Shown: positions 1 to 12,975, counted from the first letter of the stretch. The stretch is 64,000 nucleotides of DNA from Hemiscyllium ocellatum (GCF_020745735.1 NC_083422.1:16058001-16122000), one strand, 5' to 3'. Notes: generated by a model from the sequence alone, not told the origin. Program-made: numbers and translations.

Positions 1-829
1 TTCCTGTATCATGCATGAAAACCCAATTTTTGAGGAAAATGGAATCACACCCTTCTCATTTAATCTCATGAAGTGGATGGAACATCTCCAAAAATCATAG
101 AGATGCCAAAACTGCCCTTGTGGCTTTCCAGAAAAGGAATACATTGTCCATAATCAGCAGGACCTCTTGATGAGCAAAAAGACTTTTTTTCTCACTCTGA
201 ACCTCCTTCCCTGAGTTCACAGAGAGCAAATGTAGCTTCCAGAAACAAATACTCTGAAATATTCCTAAATTTCAGCAAATGTTTATTAGAATATAATCTT
301 AGGTTATAATATAATGTGCCTAAACCTGTATAGACCTAAGAAAATTCTTCATTCTTTAATATGAGAAGCAAGCAAAAATAATTACAGAAGTTGTCCAAAA
401 TGGGTGTCATTTCACAAGTGGCAAGTCAAAGGATTGGTATTCGGGCATGGTCATTGTACCAAAACCTGATGGTTCTATCAGAATATGTTGAAAACAGTGG
501 TGCTGGAAAAGCACAGCTGGCCAAGCAGCATCTGAGGAGTAGGAAAGTCGACTTTTCAAGCATAAACTCTTCATCAGGAACACATTTTGACTCTGTTCTC
601 CAGCATCCGCAGACCTTAGACAACTCAACAAGGCTATGGTTGGAGAAATCCACCCTAAATCTATTGGAGATGAGAACTTATCCAAACGCTGTAAAAGCAA
701 GATCTTGACTTAACAGTGGATTCAGGCAGGTTCATTATGGGAAAAATTTGGAATATCTACTACGTGTGGGAGGTATTGCTTCAACAAATTTGCAAATGCT
801 TTCTCTCCAGTGATCATCAAATAGAACAT

Positions 830-1290
830 GACCAACATTCTCAAGGGTTGAACTGAGTTATTTGTTGTTTTGGATGATGAGCAATGTAGAAGTGACAGAA
901 GTTCATGACTGTACAATACATGCAGTGTGGAAATGTCAGCAGGCAACATGGCTTCCCATCCAAGCACTCTATTCAATTCTGGAATATTACAATGACAATG
1001 ATAGTATAAAATCAGATCCCCAAGAAACAAAGGCAGTAAAATATCTCCTACTGTAAAGGCAGTGCATAACTTACAAAGATTTATGGGAATGGCAAACAAG
1101 TTAGCAAAACTTGGCAATTATCACCAAGATCTTCAAATGTTTACTCATGGGACTCACAAAAAGCAGATCAAAGACATTCTGACTTCCACTTACATCTTGG
1201 CCCTTTGCAATTCATCATTCCTGAATATTATTACTGCAGATATCACCCATATTAGAGCTAATCTCTTCTAGTGATAACCAAAAGGATACA
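830..1290 (+). mobile_element. Degenerate Gypsy/Ty3 pol (RT-RNase H connection) fragment
   Basis: Peptides IKSDPQETKAV, LQRFMGMANKLAK and QIKDILTSTYILA...IITAD resemble Gypsy pol; frameshifted. Confidence 0.5.
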
Positions 1291-2559
1291 GAAAACCAAT
1301 ACAGGGTGTTCTCACTTAAAATCAAGGTCGTACTCCTGAGAAGTACAACTTGAAATGAAACATCTTTCAGCAAAGCATCATTCAAGCTCTTGTTTTGAAC
1401 ATAGTCAATGTTTTACTATTGTTAACAGCTTACTGGTTTTGGATGCTTTTATGAAGTTGAAGGCATGTAATGTACGTTTAAGAGAGAGAAAATGCTATTC
1501 TGAACTGAGAGATTACAAGCACCTGTCTACATAACTGAATGGCAATCCCAGAGTGTACTGAAAAATTGAAAATATGTAACATTTGGCTGTGAAATGGATG
1601 CCTGAGTTTTGATTGCTGTTTTAACAACAATTCAAATTGAACCAATCAGTTTAAATTACGCCCCAGAATACTAAGACCCAATCGAGGTTGAATTTATTGT
1701 TTTGCCAACATTGAACCAATGAGATGATCTGATGTTGGGGGGGGGGGAAATATGGGGACATTTTGAAATTTGGCCAAACAGCAACTGCCTGATGAAGTGC
1801 TCATGCTCAAAATGTTGACTCTCCTGCTCCTCAGATTATGCTGACTGGATGCGCTTTTCCAGCACTACATTTTTTGACTCTGATCTCCTACATCTGCAGT
1901 CCTCACTTTCTCCCAGAGAGTAACTTGCATAGAAGAGAGAAGCTGCTGGACAGCTGATTGCCCATCTAACATCTTTCTTTCAAATAAGTTAGAAAACACT
2001 CTCAATCAAAAGTAGCTTTTCATGTGAAATGTAATCGCAGTAAAAAGAAAGAAGATGACCCAGGGAGATCAGTAGCAGGAAAATTGAAGACAAAGACTGT
2101 GTGATTTTGAGGTTAAGCTAATGTAATTTTACTTATTGGAACAGTGTATCATTGTAGAGATGGAGTCAGAGAGTAAGCAGTTAAGAGAAAGGGGGGCTTA
2201 GATTTGTGAATTGTTTTTCGTGTTTAATGTTTGCTTTTAGAGTAAGAAGATAAATTGATGTTATTTTCTTTAAATAGTGGAATTTAGGAATTCTCTGTCA
2301 CTCATATTTTAACATTACAAGTTTTTCTGGGTGTTTGAGTTAATTAACAGAAAAGGTTTGCCTCTGTATGGTAACGGTGCAGACTCGTTATTCCGATTTT
2401 TGACTCAAGGGTACCTGAGTATCATTAAAGTAGAGCTCACGATCAAACCAGGAATTAGCAAACATATAGGAGAGCTTCTAAACAGACTGTCTAACATGAG
2501 CCAGACAAAACCACAAAACAAGGGCACCATTTTTTCCTGTTATATTTCCCACCAGACCG

Positions 2560-3235
2560 TAGGAGTGTGCTGAGAATGTGTTTTCTATTTGTGTCAGAAG
2601 GGTGTTCAGAAACTCAACTGGACTCACCACATAAACACAGTGGCTACAAGAAACAGACAGAGGCTAGGAATACTGCGTCAAGTAACTCATCTCCCGACTC
2701 CTCAAAGCCTGTCCACTATCTACAAGGCACAAGTCAGGAGTGTGAGGGAATATTCCCCACTTGCCTGGATGAGTACAGACCCAAGAAAACTCAAGAAGCT
2801 TGACACCATCCAGGATAAAGCAGCATGCTTGGAATGCCACCACAGCCACAAGCATCCACCCCTCCACCACTGACAATCAGTAGCAGCAGTGTGCATCATC
2901 CACAAGATGCACTGCATAAATTCATCAAAGATTCTCAGACAGCACCTTCCAAACCCACAACCATTTCCATCCAGAAGGACAAGGGCAGTAGATACATGGG
3001 AACACTACCATCTTCAGGTTCCCCTCCAAGCCACTCACCATCTTGACTTGGAAATATATTGTCGTTCCTTCACTGGCGCTAGGTCAAAATCCTGGGATTT
3101 CTTCTCTAATAGCGTTGTGAGGCAACTCACAGCAAGTGGACTCCAGCAGTTCTACAAGCAGCTCACCATCACCTTCTCAAGGACAACTCGGGATTGGCAA
3201 TAAATGCTGGCCCAGCCAGCGATGGCCAAATCTTC
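2560..3235 (+). mobile_element. CR1/L2-group LINE 3' end
   Basis: PQSLSTIYKAQVRSVREYSPLAWMS...KKLDTIQDKAACL is an RT C-terminal region, followed by the tail ggcaataaatgctggcc. Confidence 0.75.
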
Positions 3236-3501
3236 CAAAAATGAATACTTTTTTTAAAAAAAATCAGAGTCTTTATTTGGTGCACTGTACATTCCATAAG
3301 AGTTGTTTAATATTCATAGTAATTCCAAAACAATTAACATACAGTTAATTCTTTTATGAAGTCATTATTATTCCAATGCAGCAAAAGCAAGCATGCTGCC
3401 AGTTCTAAATAACACAAAGAAAAAAATAATCCCAGGAGGATTTGATATTTTGTATTGTGATGTGCTTTGTTGCTTTTGGGGTAAATTATAAGCAATCTGC
3501 T

Positions 3502-3575
3502 GTTTCAGCTTTCATCTCGCGAATAGAATTCTGAAAAGTTACCCGAAAAAAACTAAAAGGTATCGAGGGTATAAA
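3502..3575 (+). promoter_or_regulatory. IFIT A promoter: ISRE/IRF-like GTTTCAGCTTTC (3502-3513), GAS-like TTACCCGAA (3539-3547), TATAAA (3570-3575)
   Basis: Motifs read directly, about 100-170 nt upstream of the ATG. IFITs are known ISRE-driven genes. Confidence 0.6.
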
Positions 3576-3669
3576 GTCTCGTTGAGCAGCTTAACTCACC
3601 TAGTTTTGTGCTTGCAGTTAATCAGTGAACAGAGGTGGAAGACACAGAAGCCTTCCCTTTATTCAGATC

Positions 3670-3674
3670 ATGTG
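3670..3674 (+). CDS. IFIT: IFIT gene A, coding exon 1 (ATG TG; Met plus first 2 nt of Cys2)
   Basis: gatcATGTG|gtaagagagatt: ATG+2 nt then a GTAAG donor, the canonical IFIT exon-1 design. It lies downstream of an ISRE-like site and TATA box, and its phase matches the acceptor at 4021-4022. Confidence 0.8.
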
Positions 3675-4022
3675 GTAAGAGAGATTCTCATTGTAAATAA
3701 CAGGGATAGTAATAGTATCTGCTGGAGCTCTTTGGAGACATTCCTTTTTCAGAATCTGTGGGTTGTGGCAGCACATACACACTGTTACTGTTGGAGAAAT
3801 TAACTTTCACCTTTGGTGTTACACCAGGGCCTCGAAGATGCGGGTTTCAGCTGTTTGAGGCCTCAGGATTTTACCTGAGCCCTTCTTGTGCCAATGCTGA
3901 AGAAAATGTAAGGCTGGATGCTAGAGATACCTGGGATTGTGGTGTTAAAATGCATTGTGTCGAAAATGCCAATGAATGATTAGAAAAAAAAAGCAATAAA
4001 TCTTTCCACCTGTTTCTTACAG

Positions 4023-5463
4023 TGACACTGCAAAGGATTTCCTGAAAGAGAAACTGCTTCAGCTACAATGTCACTTCACGTGGACCCTGCAACTAGAGGA
4101 TATGGAGTGGGATGATTTGCAGGAACGATTAAATTACACAATTGAGGCTGACATTGTGCAATATAAAGTCATGCCTTACAATCTACTTACTTTTGTCAAC
4201 TGTGTACGAGGTAAACATGAGGAGGCATTCGATAATTTGTGGGAAGCTGAGAAGATTCTAAGGAAGGATCACAAGTCGAATGTTGAAAAGTGGAGCATCG
4301 TCACCTACGGAAATGCAGCCTGGGCCTATTACCATGTGGGAGAAGTGGCAGAGGCTCAGGCCTACCTTGACAAGCTGGAGAGGATCTGCCAACAGTTCCC
4401 TGATGCCTCTCGCTTTACAGCAATGACCCCTGAAGTATATGGGGAGAAGGGTTGGTCCCTGTTGAGATTTGGCTGGAGATATTATGAAGAGGCAAATGAA
4501 TGTATTGAGAAGGCTCTGGAAGCAGATCCTGATAACATTGAGTGGAATACAGCTCACGCAACCTCTCTGTTCCGAATGAAAGAAAATATTGGAGACCCTC
4601 AGTGTCCTGAGCACTGCAAAGTAGTGAAGCAATTACATCGGGCAATGGAACTAAACCCAAAGGACTCTTTTCTCAAGGTCACGCTGGCTCTGAGACTACA
4701 ATATTTCAAACAGAAAGAGGAATCTCACAGATTGTTAGAAGGTGTGCTCCTGAATTCTCCTGATGATCCCTATTTAATTCGATATGTGGCCAAAGCTTTA
4801 AGAAAGGAAGGATCTGTTGAACAATCCCTAGAGATGTTGAAAAAGGCACTGTTGGAAAAACCAAACTCTGGACTCCTCCACCACCAGATCGGTTTATGTT
4901 ACAAAAAGAAACTGTTTACACTGAAGAAAACACCTTATAAATATAACGCTTATGAGGAAAGGAAAAAACTGATTGAACTTTGCAAATACCATTTTCAAAC
5001 AGCATTTGATCATAAACCATCACTTATTTTTGCAATGCTTGATCTGGCAGAAATTTTACAGGAATGTAAAGAATATTCCAAGATTGATGACATGTATGAA
5101 GACCTGATCAGAAACAACAGTCGCAACCATTTGAATAGACAGTTATTACTTTGGAATTATGGATTGTACCAACTGTATGTGAGGAGATCCCAGCCAAATG
5201 CTATTGTTTATTTTAAAGACTGCTTAAAAATCAAAGTGAAAAGAAGCCAGTTTGTGAAATGCCAAGCAAAACTGAAAGAAATTGCTGAAGATCGATTGAA
5301 CGAGTATTCAAGAGACAGTGTTGCCTTTGGCATATTGGGATTTTTGCACCAATTGGATGGCAAGAAATCCGAAGCCATTGGATACTTTCAGAGAGCCCTA
5401 GAATGTGATCACAACAATGAGGAATTTCAGAATGCTCTCCGGGATCTAAAGGAGGCTGCATAA
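4023..5463 (+). CDS. IFIT: IFIT gene A, exon 2 (IFIT1/IFIT5-like TPR protein; spliced product 481 aa, MCDTAKDFLKEKLLQLQCHFTW...)
   Basis: Polypyrimidine tract plus AG at 4021-4022 (ctttccacctgtttcttacag). The frame is open upstream of ORF 4102 through the IFIT motif CHFTW. Other motifs: YGNAAWAYYH, GEKGWSLLRFG, LHHQIGLCY, C-terminal NEEFQNAL. Stop TAA 5461-5463. Confidence 0.95.
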
Positions 5464-6429
5464 ATGTTGTCTTTGATTCACTGGAATATGAATCTGCGTT
5501 TGTAAGAAATGGTTCAAACTTAATTCAAAAATGATTGACAAATTGACCAGTCAAGATTTTCCAGATTTTGGGCAGTGAGTGAAGGGGAATTGTGGGGGAG
5601 GCATTGGAAAATAGTGATGCCCTCACTAATAAATCCTTCCTCCATCTTACATGTGGGCTAACTGACATATGTGGGCAACCACCCCCTTACCAATTTGAAT
5701 TTAAATGTGTTCCTTTTCAAGGCACCTCTCGTGTTGAGAACCCCTCACAATGCCCTGTCTACCTCAGTAGTACACAGCTCTCCCAGTGAGGCTGGGCAGG
5801 CTCTGGGGCTATCGGAACTCTGACCGGCCTGACAGCACTGACACCATTGTGGATGACAAACTGAGGGTGCCACTGATTAGAAGGCACCTCCAAGAAAGTA
5901 ACTGAATGGATTCCTCTGCTGCTGAGTGAGGAGTTCTGGTCTCACTTTTTGATCCTGATGCTGAGGGTCTGTGACAGAGACTTAACCCCCCCATCTTTAT
6001 AATTGCTTTAGTTCACTATTGATTTTGTGTTTCCATTTGCTAAGGTGACACTGATTATAGCCTTTGATTTTTAAGTTAACAGGTTTTGTACTTAATTAAT
6101 TAACTAATTGCAATGATTGAGGCTGAAATAGTCACAGTTGAAAACTATAGTTGAGTGCTGTAAAGGCATGTTATTGAATTAACCTGACATTGTAGATCAT
6201 GCCCATAGGATTTAAATCATTGTTACCAACAGATAAATAAGACTGATTTAATTCTAACCCTAACTTGAAAGCTTCGTGGATGAATGTCTTTACTCCCACT
6301 TGGATCCAGTAAGAAGTAAGTACACTTCTTTGAATAAGCACTTCATAGCAGCACAACCTATTGATTTTTAAGCCAACCGCAGTCATCCCGGGAACATCTG
6401 GATAACAAGGATACTTACGTCAGACTCTT

Positions 6430-7400
6430 ACTGATTGACTGCAGCTTCATCTTCAGCACTATAATTCCACCTAAACTTACCTCCAAAACCCTGAAACCTT
6501 GGACTCTGCTTCAGCCTCTGCAACTGGATCCTCAGTTTCCTGACCCGTAGACCGCAGTCAGTGAGAATAGGCAACAGCATCTCCTTCACAATGATCCTCA
6601 ACATTGGCACCCCGTGAAGTTATGTTATCAGCCTATTACTATACTCCTTGTACACTTATGACTGTGTGGCCAACTTTCATGTTAACCCCATCTACAAGTT
6701 CACTGATCACACTACGCTTGTATGTGGATCTCAAATAATGACAAGACAAAGTACAAGAAAGAGAGTGCTTGGTGGCATGGTGTAAAGATGACAATCCCTC
6801 CCTCAACATCAGCAGAATGAATGAGATCGTCATTGACTTCAGGAAGCAAAGTAGAGGGCACGCCCTCTGACTGCATCAATGGAGCTAAGGTGGACATGGT
6901 TGAGAGCATCATGTGTTGGAGTGTTGACCACCAACAGTCTGTTTTGGTTCACCCACATTGATGGTCCAGTCCATCACACAAGCCAATCTTCCATCCATTG
7001 ACTCCATCTATACTTCTTGTTTCCTCAGATAGTCAGCCAACATCATCAAAAGACCCCTCCCTCCCTGGTTATAATCTCTTCCAATCTCTTCTGTTGGCCC
7101 GAAGATAAAAAAACTTAAACACATGAACCAACAGATTCAAGAACAGCTTCTTCTCCGCTGTTATTAGACTTCTAAATGGACCTCTCAAATTTTAAATTTG
7201 ATGTTGATCTCGCTCTTTGTGCACCTTCTCTGCAGACATTACATTGTATTCCTCGCTCTGTTCTATTACCCTTATGCACTTTGTATGTTATAACCTGCCC
7301 GTACTGCACACACAAAAAAACTTTTCACTGTACCTAGGTACATGTGACAATAATAAACCAAATCAAATCAAATCAACTCAATTCAAATCAGATTCAAATC
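6430..7400 (+). mobile_element. Rex1/Babar-like LINE 3' fragment
   Basis: Decayed RT ([29 protein letters not shown]) ending in an (AAATC)n tail. Confidence 0.7.
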
Positions 7401-7759
7401 AATTCTCTCAAAGCCCCAAAATATATCCCCACTCTTCCAATTCTCTCAAAACCCCAAAATACATCTCCAGTCCCTCCTCACTACATTTTGGTACAAAGCA
7501 AAAACTCATTGTCAAATCAAATATGAGAGGATTTTGTTCTGCATCAGCCTCATTTATCATTGTCAACTCAAGTTCATGAAGTAAAAATTCATTCTCCTTT
7601 TTGAGTTATTAATTTATATCACTACCTTTAGAATTTCCCTCCATTCTCCCCACTTCCTTGCTTACCTCCTTCACCTCTTTCCTGTTTTCTTAATTTGTCT
7701 CTTACTAGTGCAATTATATATACATTATTCATGACCATATGATAATCAGGAATCAAAGA

Positions 7760-8120
7760 TGATGGTCCGACTCCAGGACTTGACAAAATTCAAGGTTATC
7801 ATTCTACTGCATTACTGAGAGAGTGCTACAATACTGCAGTTATTGTCCTTTGGATGAAATATTAAACCAAAGTTCCATCTGCCTTTTCTGGTGGATGCAT
7901 ATGATTTCATTTCACTATGTCAGAGAACAAGAGGGGAGTGATCCTGAATCCTGGATTATATTTACCCCTCAGTAAATATGTCACACGTGTGTTATCTTTT
8001 CATTATTACATTGCTGCTAGAGTTGGCACATTATAACAGTTCAAAAGGTAGTTCATTGGCTATAAAATACTTTGTGACATTCTGTAGCCATGAAAGTATT
8101 ATGTAACATATTTCTGTCTT
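7760..8120 (+). mobile_element. Old Deu-domain SINE (SacSINE1/AmnSINE1-like)
   Basis: tcctttggatgaaatattaaacc...ggtggatg...gaggggagt...tatttacccctca resembles the recalled Deu-domain consensus. Confidence 0.6.
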
Positions 8121-10140
8121 TTCCACTGCTATTCCTTAATTATAACCAAAATATTTTGACTGCCTGATCACTCTCACTAAAGTCCTTTCTTTCTACTGCT
8201 GTAAGAAAATCTTTCATTAATATGGCTGTCCTTTTCTTGCTGTAGGACAAAGATTGTTTTATTATTGTGCTATTAGCATTCAATCAACATATTCTGAAGT
8301 ACATTTAAAATGTTAGTCTACATGTAACATGACTACGAAGTGTATTGTGCTGATTGTCATGAGGTCGATCAGGTGGATCTCATAAAATATGAGTTCCCTG
8401 ATTGGGGCTGTTAATCTGATCCCATTGGGGAGCCCTGACTGACAGATATAAACAGGAGTGTCAGAAGTTCTACTCACTCTGAAAGCTGGTTCAGTAGCTG
8501 GATCAGTGTCAAGGACTTTCCATGTGTAAACAAAGGGTGACTTGTAAATAAAGGCCTCTGTGAGATCATTTTGGGTATGAAGGATAATCTCAATATGACA
8601 TTAGCTGCACCTCTCTACAAATCACGACATGTCATTAAGTGATGAAAAGGACTGATTCAGAGATTCTTCTTTCAAATTTGTGAGAATGTGGTTAATTCAG
8701 GGTAGTAGTTATGGTTTTAAGTAGTTCATATTAAACATATCTACACATAATGCTGTGAAATGGGACAAGAGTCCATTCATCTCATTAAATGATTATTATT
8801 AATGAATAAAGGACAAGGAAGCAAGAACCTGGAGCCCCTAAATGATAATGACTGGTAATGATCTAAATCAAGGTCATGGTGCCATCATGAAATGGCAGTT
8901 AGGTATTGATTGACCAACCAGATGGACAATAACGGGGTTAATTTAAAATAGTGCAGGGCCAAGCTGAGGATAGCTTACAACATGAAGATATGGAATATTA
9001 AAGTATGCAACATCATTAAAAAGAAGATAGACTTTAAACAAGAGATAAAACACTCAGTCAGTTGGAGATTGAGGACTGGTGTTCTATCATGAACTCAACT
9101 ATTGACCAGAGCCAATATGTCAAAAATTGTGCTTCTTATGGGAAGTTTAATAACATCTGTGAAATGTGAAATCACTTCCGTACCTTTGTAGAGCTAACCT
9201 GAGTTGGAGGTCTGTTATCGATCTGCTCTCTCAACTTAGCTTGCATTTGCAACTGACCTAAACCTTGTAATTAATGCAAAACGAATCTTAGATCTTATGT
9301 TATTCCCATTTCCCAGTCCTTTCCAAACATCTCTAACCTGGAATACTTTGCTCCTATTCAAGTCCAATTTGGAGCCAGTGCTCTATAATAACAATAATTT
9401 TTTCAGATGAATTTGAACTCCTGGCTCATTGGTTTTACTTTTATGTCTGTGTTTGCATCAAAAATATTTCTTTGAAGAGGCATGACAGATGAGCTATCAA
9501 ATGCAGGAAAATGTACTTCCTTGAGTTTCAAATCACAGAATTGTTACAACACTGGAGACCTTCGGCCCATAATGGATACACTGGCACTCCAAATGAGTAT
9601 TATAATTTAGTGCCATTTTCTTGCCATTTCTGTATACCTCTGCATGCTGTTTCCATTCAAATCATCATCCAAAGCCATCCTGAATGCCTCAGTTAAACCT
9701 GGCTCCAAGATACTTTTAGCCTGAGCATTCAAGACCCTAAATACTCACTGTGTGAAGAAAGTTTTCTTTCACATCACATTTGCTTCTATTGAAAATAACA
9801 CAAAATCTTAAAAAATACATTAGAGTAAAAAATAAACTGTACCTGATTTTCTTTCGCTAAGCTTACCCTTATAAACATTTATCCATTCGCAATCAGTTAA
9901 TGAGCTCATGCAAATATCTCAATTAATGCTTTATTAATTGTTCTGTTTACTAATTCATTTCATTATTTTCTCAATTAATCATTCTTCTGATATATTAGTA
10001 TTTGTATATTAAAAGTTCATTTGTCCTTCACTTGGTGGAGGATCAATTAAATGATTTGTAAGCTCATCATCCTGCTCATGAAGTTCAACCTTGATGAACA
10101 ATGCCAGCTTGTGACAGATCCATATTCTCATACAAGACAA

Positions 10141-10605
10141 AGTTAAAAATCCCACAACACTAGGTTATAGCCCAATAGGTTTAGTTGGAGTCACTAGCTT
10201 TTGGTAGCTTTTAACAATAGGTGTCATCTCAGCTCAGATAGTGCACTGAAGGTGTGAAGTCAGTCTGTGTCCCTATGTTAGGTCAGACTGATTCTATTTC
10301 TAAAGTGGGATTTACAGAATCTTACATGGATTTATGCAGTTTTTGAGCAAAATAAAATGTAATTCTGCAAGTACAAATTCACCTCACAAACTTATAGGTG
10401 TGTGTGTGTGCAGGGGAGACCGAGTGAGAGTGTGCATGTGGGTGCGTATGTGGGGGGGGGGGGGGTGGAGTGTGAGTGCTGGTGAGAGCGTGTGTGTCTG
10501 TGAGAGGGTGCGTGAGTGGGTGTGAGTGTGGGGGTTTTGTGTGTGAGCATATGAGAGAGAGCTTGTGTATGAGAGAGGGTCTGCATGAGTGTGTGTCTGG
10601 AGGAA

Positions 10606-10637
<32 letters not shown>

Positions 10638-10838
10638 GTGGACTGATGTCACCTGCAGTGTGACGAGGCCATCCCCATAGGTACCAAACTTGGCTATCCA
10701 TGGTACCCATGGGGATCATGATTTGGAGATGCCGGTGTGCTTCCAATTAAACCTGTTGGACTATAACCTGGTGTTGTGTGATTTTTAACTTTGTATACCC
10801 ATGGGGATGGCCTCAATCGGGACCTTGCTCTCTCTCTT

Positions 10839-10883
<45 letters not shown>

Positions 10884-11474
10884 CACAAACTTATACCCCA
10901 TTACATTCACACACTCTCTCACAGGCACTCATCCCTCCACACACACCCACCTGCACATTCTCACTCAGTCTCTCTACACACACACACACACGCACACACA
11001 CATAGGTTTGTGGGGTGAAGTTTTATTTGCAGAATTACATTTTATTTTGCTCAAAGACTGCATAAATCCACATAAGATTCTGTAACTCCCACTTTACAAT
11101 TAGACTCAATCTGACATAAGATTGGGACACAGGCAGACTTGAATTTCATACCTGCAATGCATTATCTGAGCTGAGATAACACCTATTGTTAAAAGCTATC
11201 TTGAGAATGTAACTTTAAAAAAGTTCTGGATTTACGTATGAAGGAACCAAAACTAACATTGTCATTCCAAAAGATGAAAGACTTAAGCTAAATATGTTTA
11301 ATATTACATTCCATGACACTGCAATCCTGTGTCTTGATTCTGCTCCACAACCACCTGGTGAAAAAGCAGCACTTCGAAAGCTAGTGCTTCCAAATAAGCC
11401 TGTTGGACTATAATCTGGTGTTGTGTGATTTTTAACTTTTTCCACCCCAGCCCAACACCAGCACTTTTAAATCA
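10141..11474. mobile_element. Penelope-like element remnant with inverted arms, (GT)n/(CA)n tracts and a 14-bp TSD
   Basis: The left arm (10141-~10690) is the reverse complement of much of ~10795-11436. Contains the GIY-YIG ORF tail THGDGLNRDL. TSD CTCATACAAGACAA at 10127-10140 and 11475-11488. Confidence 0.75.
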
Positions 11475-12047
11475 CTCATACAAGACAATATTGTTGCAAA
11501 AACTAAACAGAGTTTCCATACAGAGCAGACAATTTAAAAAAGATAATGTGCAATAAAATTATCCATGAGTTAAAGGCCTTTAAACAAAACCACTGATTGT
11601 GATTACATTACAATCATTATACCAGTGTAATGTTTTGATGATATGAAAGGGAAAATGCAAATATTTTTCATTCTTTCTGAATAGGTAGCAACGCAAACAG
11701 AAAGAGATAGCAGAGATTTCTTTGTTTAAATGTTTATTTATCCATGCCTGGGAGGTAGTGTGAAAATGCTGCAGCTTTAAGAGGTTATTTAGTCCTGGTT
11801 TCTTTTAAGGGAGGGATTGAACGAGAAGGACTGAACTGGCTATTGAACATCACTGAGGCTTGGGAGGCCTTCGGTTTTTGTTAATGCAACCTGAAAGGGC
11901 GTGGGCAACTCTCACAGATCAGGATTTCTCAGCAGCATCAAAGCTATTGGGGTCTCCACAGAGTTGGCAGCTTCAGTGAATGTCTCCTAGCTGCTACTCT
12001 CTCTTAATTTTCTCTTTTCCTCCTGGATTGGAGAACTGCATGTAAGA

Positions 12048-12280
12048 GCTGAAAAATGTGTTGCTGGAAAAGCGCAGCAGGTCAGGCAGCATCAAAGGAG
12101 CAGGAGAATTGACGTTTCGGGCATGAGCACTTCTTCAGGAATGAGGAAGACTCATGAAGAAGGGCTTATGCCCGAAATGTCGATTCTCATGCTCCTTTGA
12201 TACTGCCTGACCTGCAGCACTTTTCTAGCAACATATTTTTCAGCTCTGATCTCCAGCATCTGCAGTCCTCATTTTCTCCA
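12048..12280. mobile_element. Palindromic Penelope-pLTR-derived mini-element with hammerhead-like cores, 14-bp TSD
   Basis: Arms ~12045-12145 and ~12150-12247 are reverse complements. TSD AACTGCATGTAAGA at 12034-12047 and 12281-12294. Confidence 0.75.
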
Positions 12281-12664
12281 AACTGCATGTAAGAATCTAT
12301 GTCTGAATTTTTCTTTATTTTTTGGCAAGAGGTGTGTTTATGGGATGTTACTATATTGAATCAGTTAATTAGTAACAGTTACTGTATCTGTTATTCTGTC
12401 AAATTTCCAGTAGAGTTAAGTTTATTCTGAATTCCTCTTCCTTTGGTTGTGTTTAAACTACGGTGTTTAAATAAATTGTGTTATGTTAACGTTGAGTAGT
12501 TTGAATTGTCGCATTACATCTGGAACAGAAACTTTACATTTAACTTGAAAATAAGAAAAAGTTAGGGTCTAGGCTACCTTCTTAAAATATTTTGAGGTGA
12601 TCTGGTCTGCTCCATAACAAGTTGGTGGCTCTTTTCAGGATCAAAAATCATAATTCCAAGTTGG

Positions 12665-12975
12665 GATTAGAATTCCTATAGTGCAGAAACAGGCCCAATA
12701 ATCCACAGCAACCCTCTGAAGAGATACTCACCTCCCCACCCTATATTCCCCCTGATCAATGCACCCAATCTATACATCCCTGCATACTATGGGCAATTTA
12801 GCATGGCCAATTCACCTGGCCTGCACATCATTGGACTGTGGGAGGAAACCGGAGCACCTGGAGGAAGCCCACACAGACAGAGGGGGGAATATGCAAACTC
12901 CACAAGGCTGGAATTGAACCCAGATCCCTGGTGCTATGAGACAGCAGTGCTAACCACTGAGCCACCATGTCACCC
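12665..12975 (-). mobile_element. HE1-type V-SINE
   Basis: tRNA-derived head and V-domain (ggactgtgggaggaaaccggagcac on the plus strand). Confidence 0.8.

Noticed and set aside
4258-4660. Antisense ORFs over the IFIT exons (also 23289-24543 and 50343-50582)
   Set aside because: They are shadows of the coding strand; their similarity only reflects the A/B duplication.
4102-5463. ORF-track starts at 4102, 23208 (GTG) and 51730 (TTG) as true start codons
   Set aside because: The frames stay open upstream to splice acceptors, the first two starts would omit CHFTW, and a proper exon-1 ATG exists for each gene.
10334-11085. His/Thr- and Cys/Val-rich ORFs
   Set aside because: Translations of (CA)n/(GT)n tracts.
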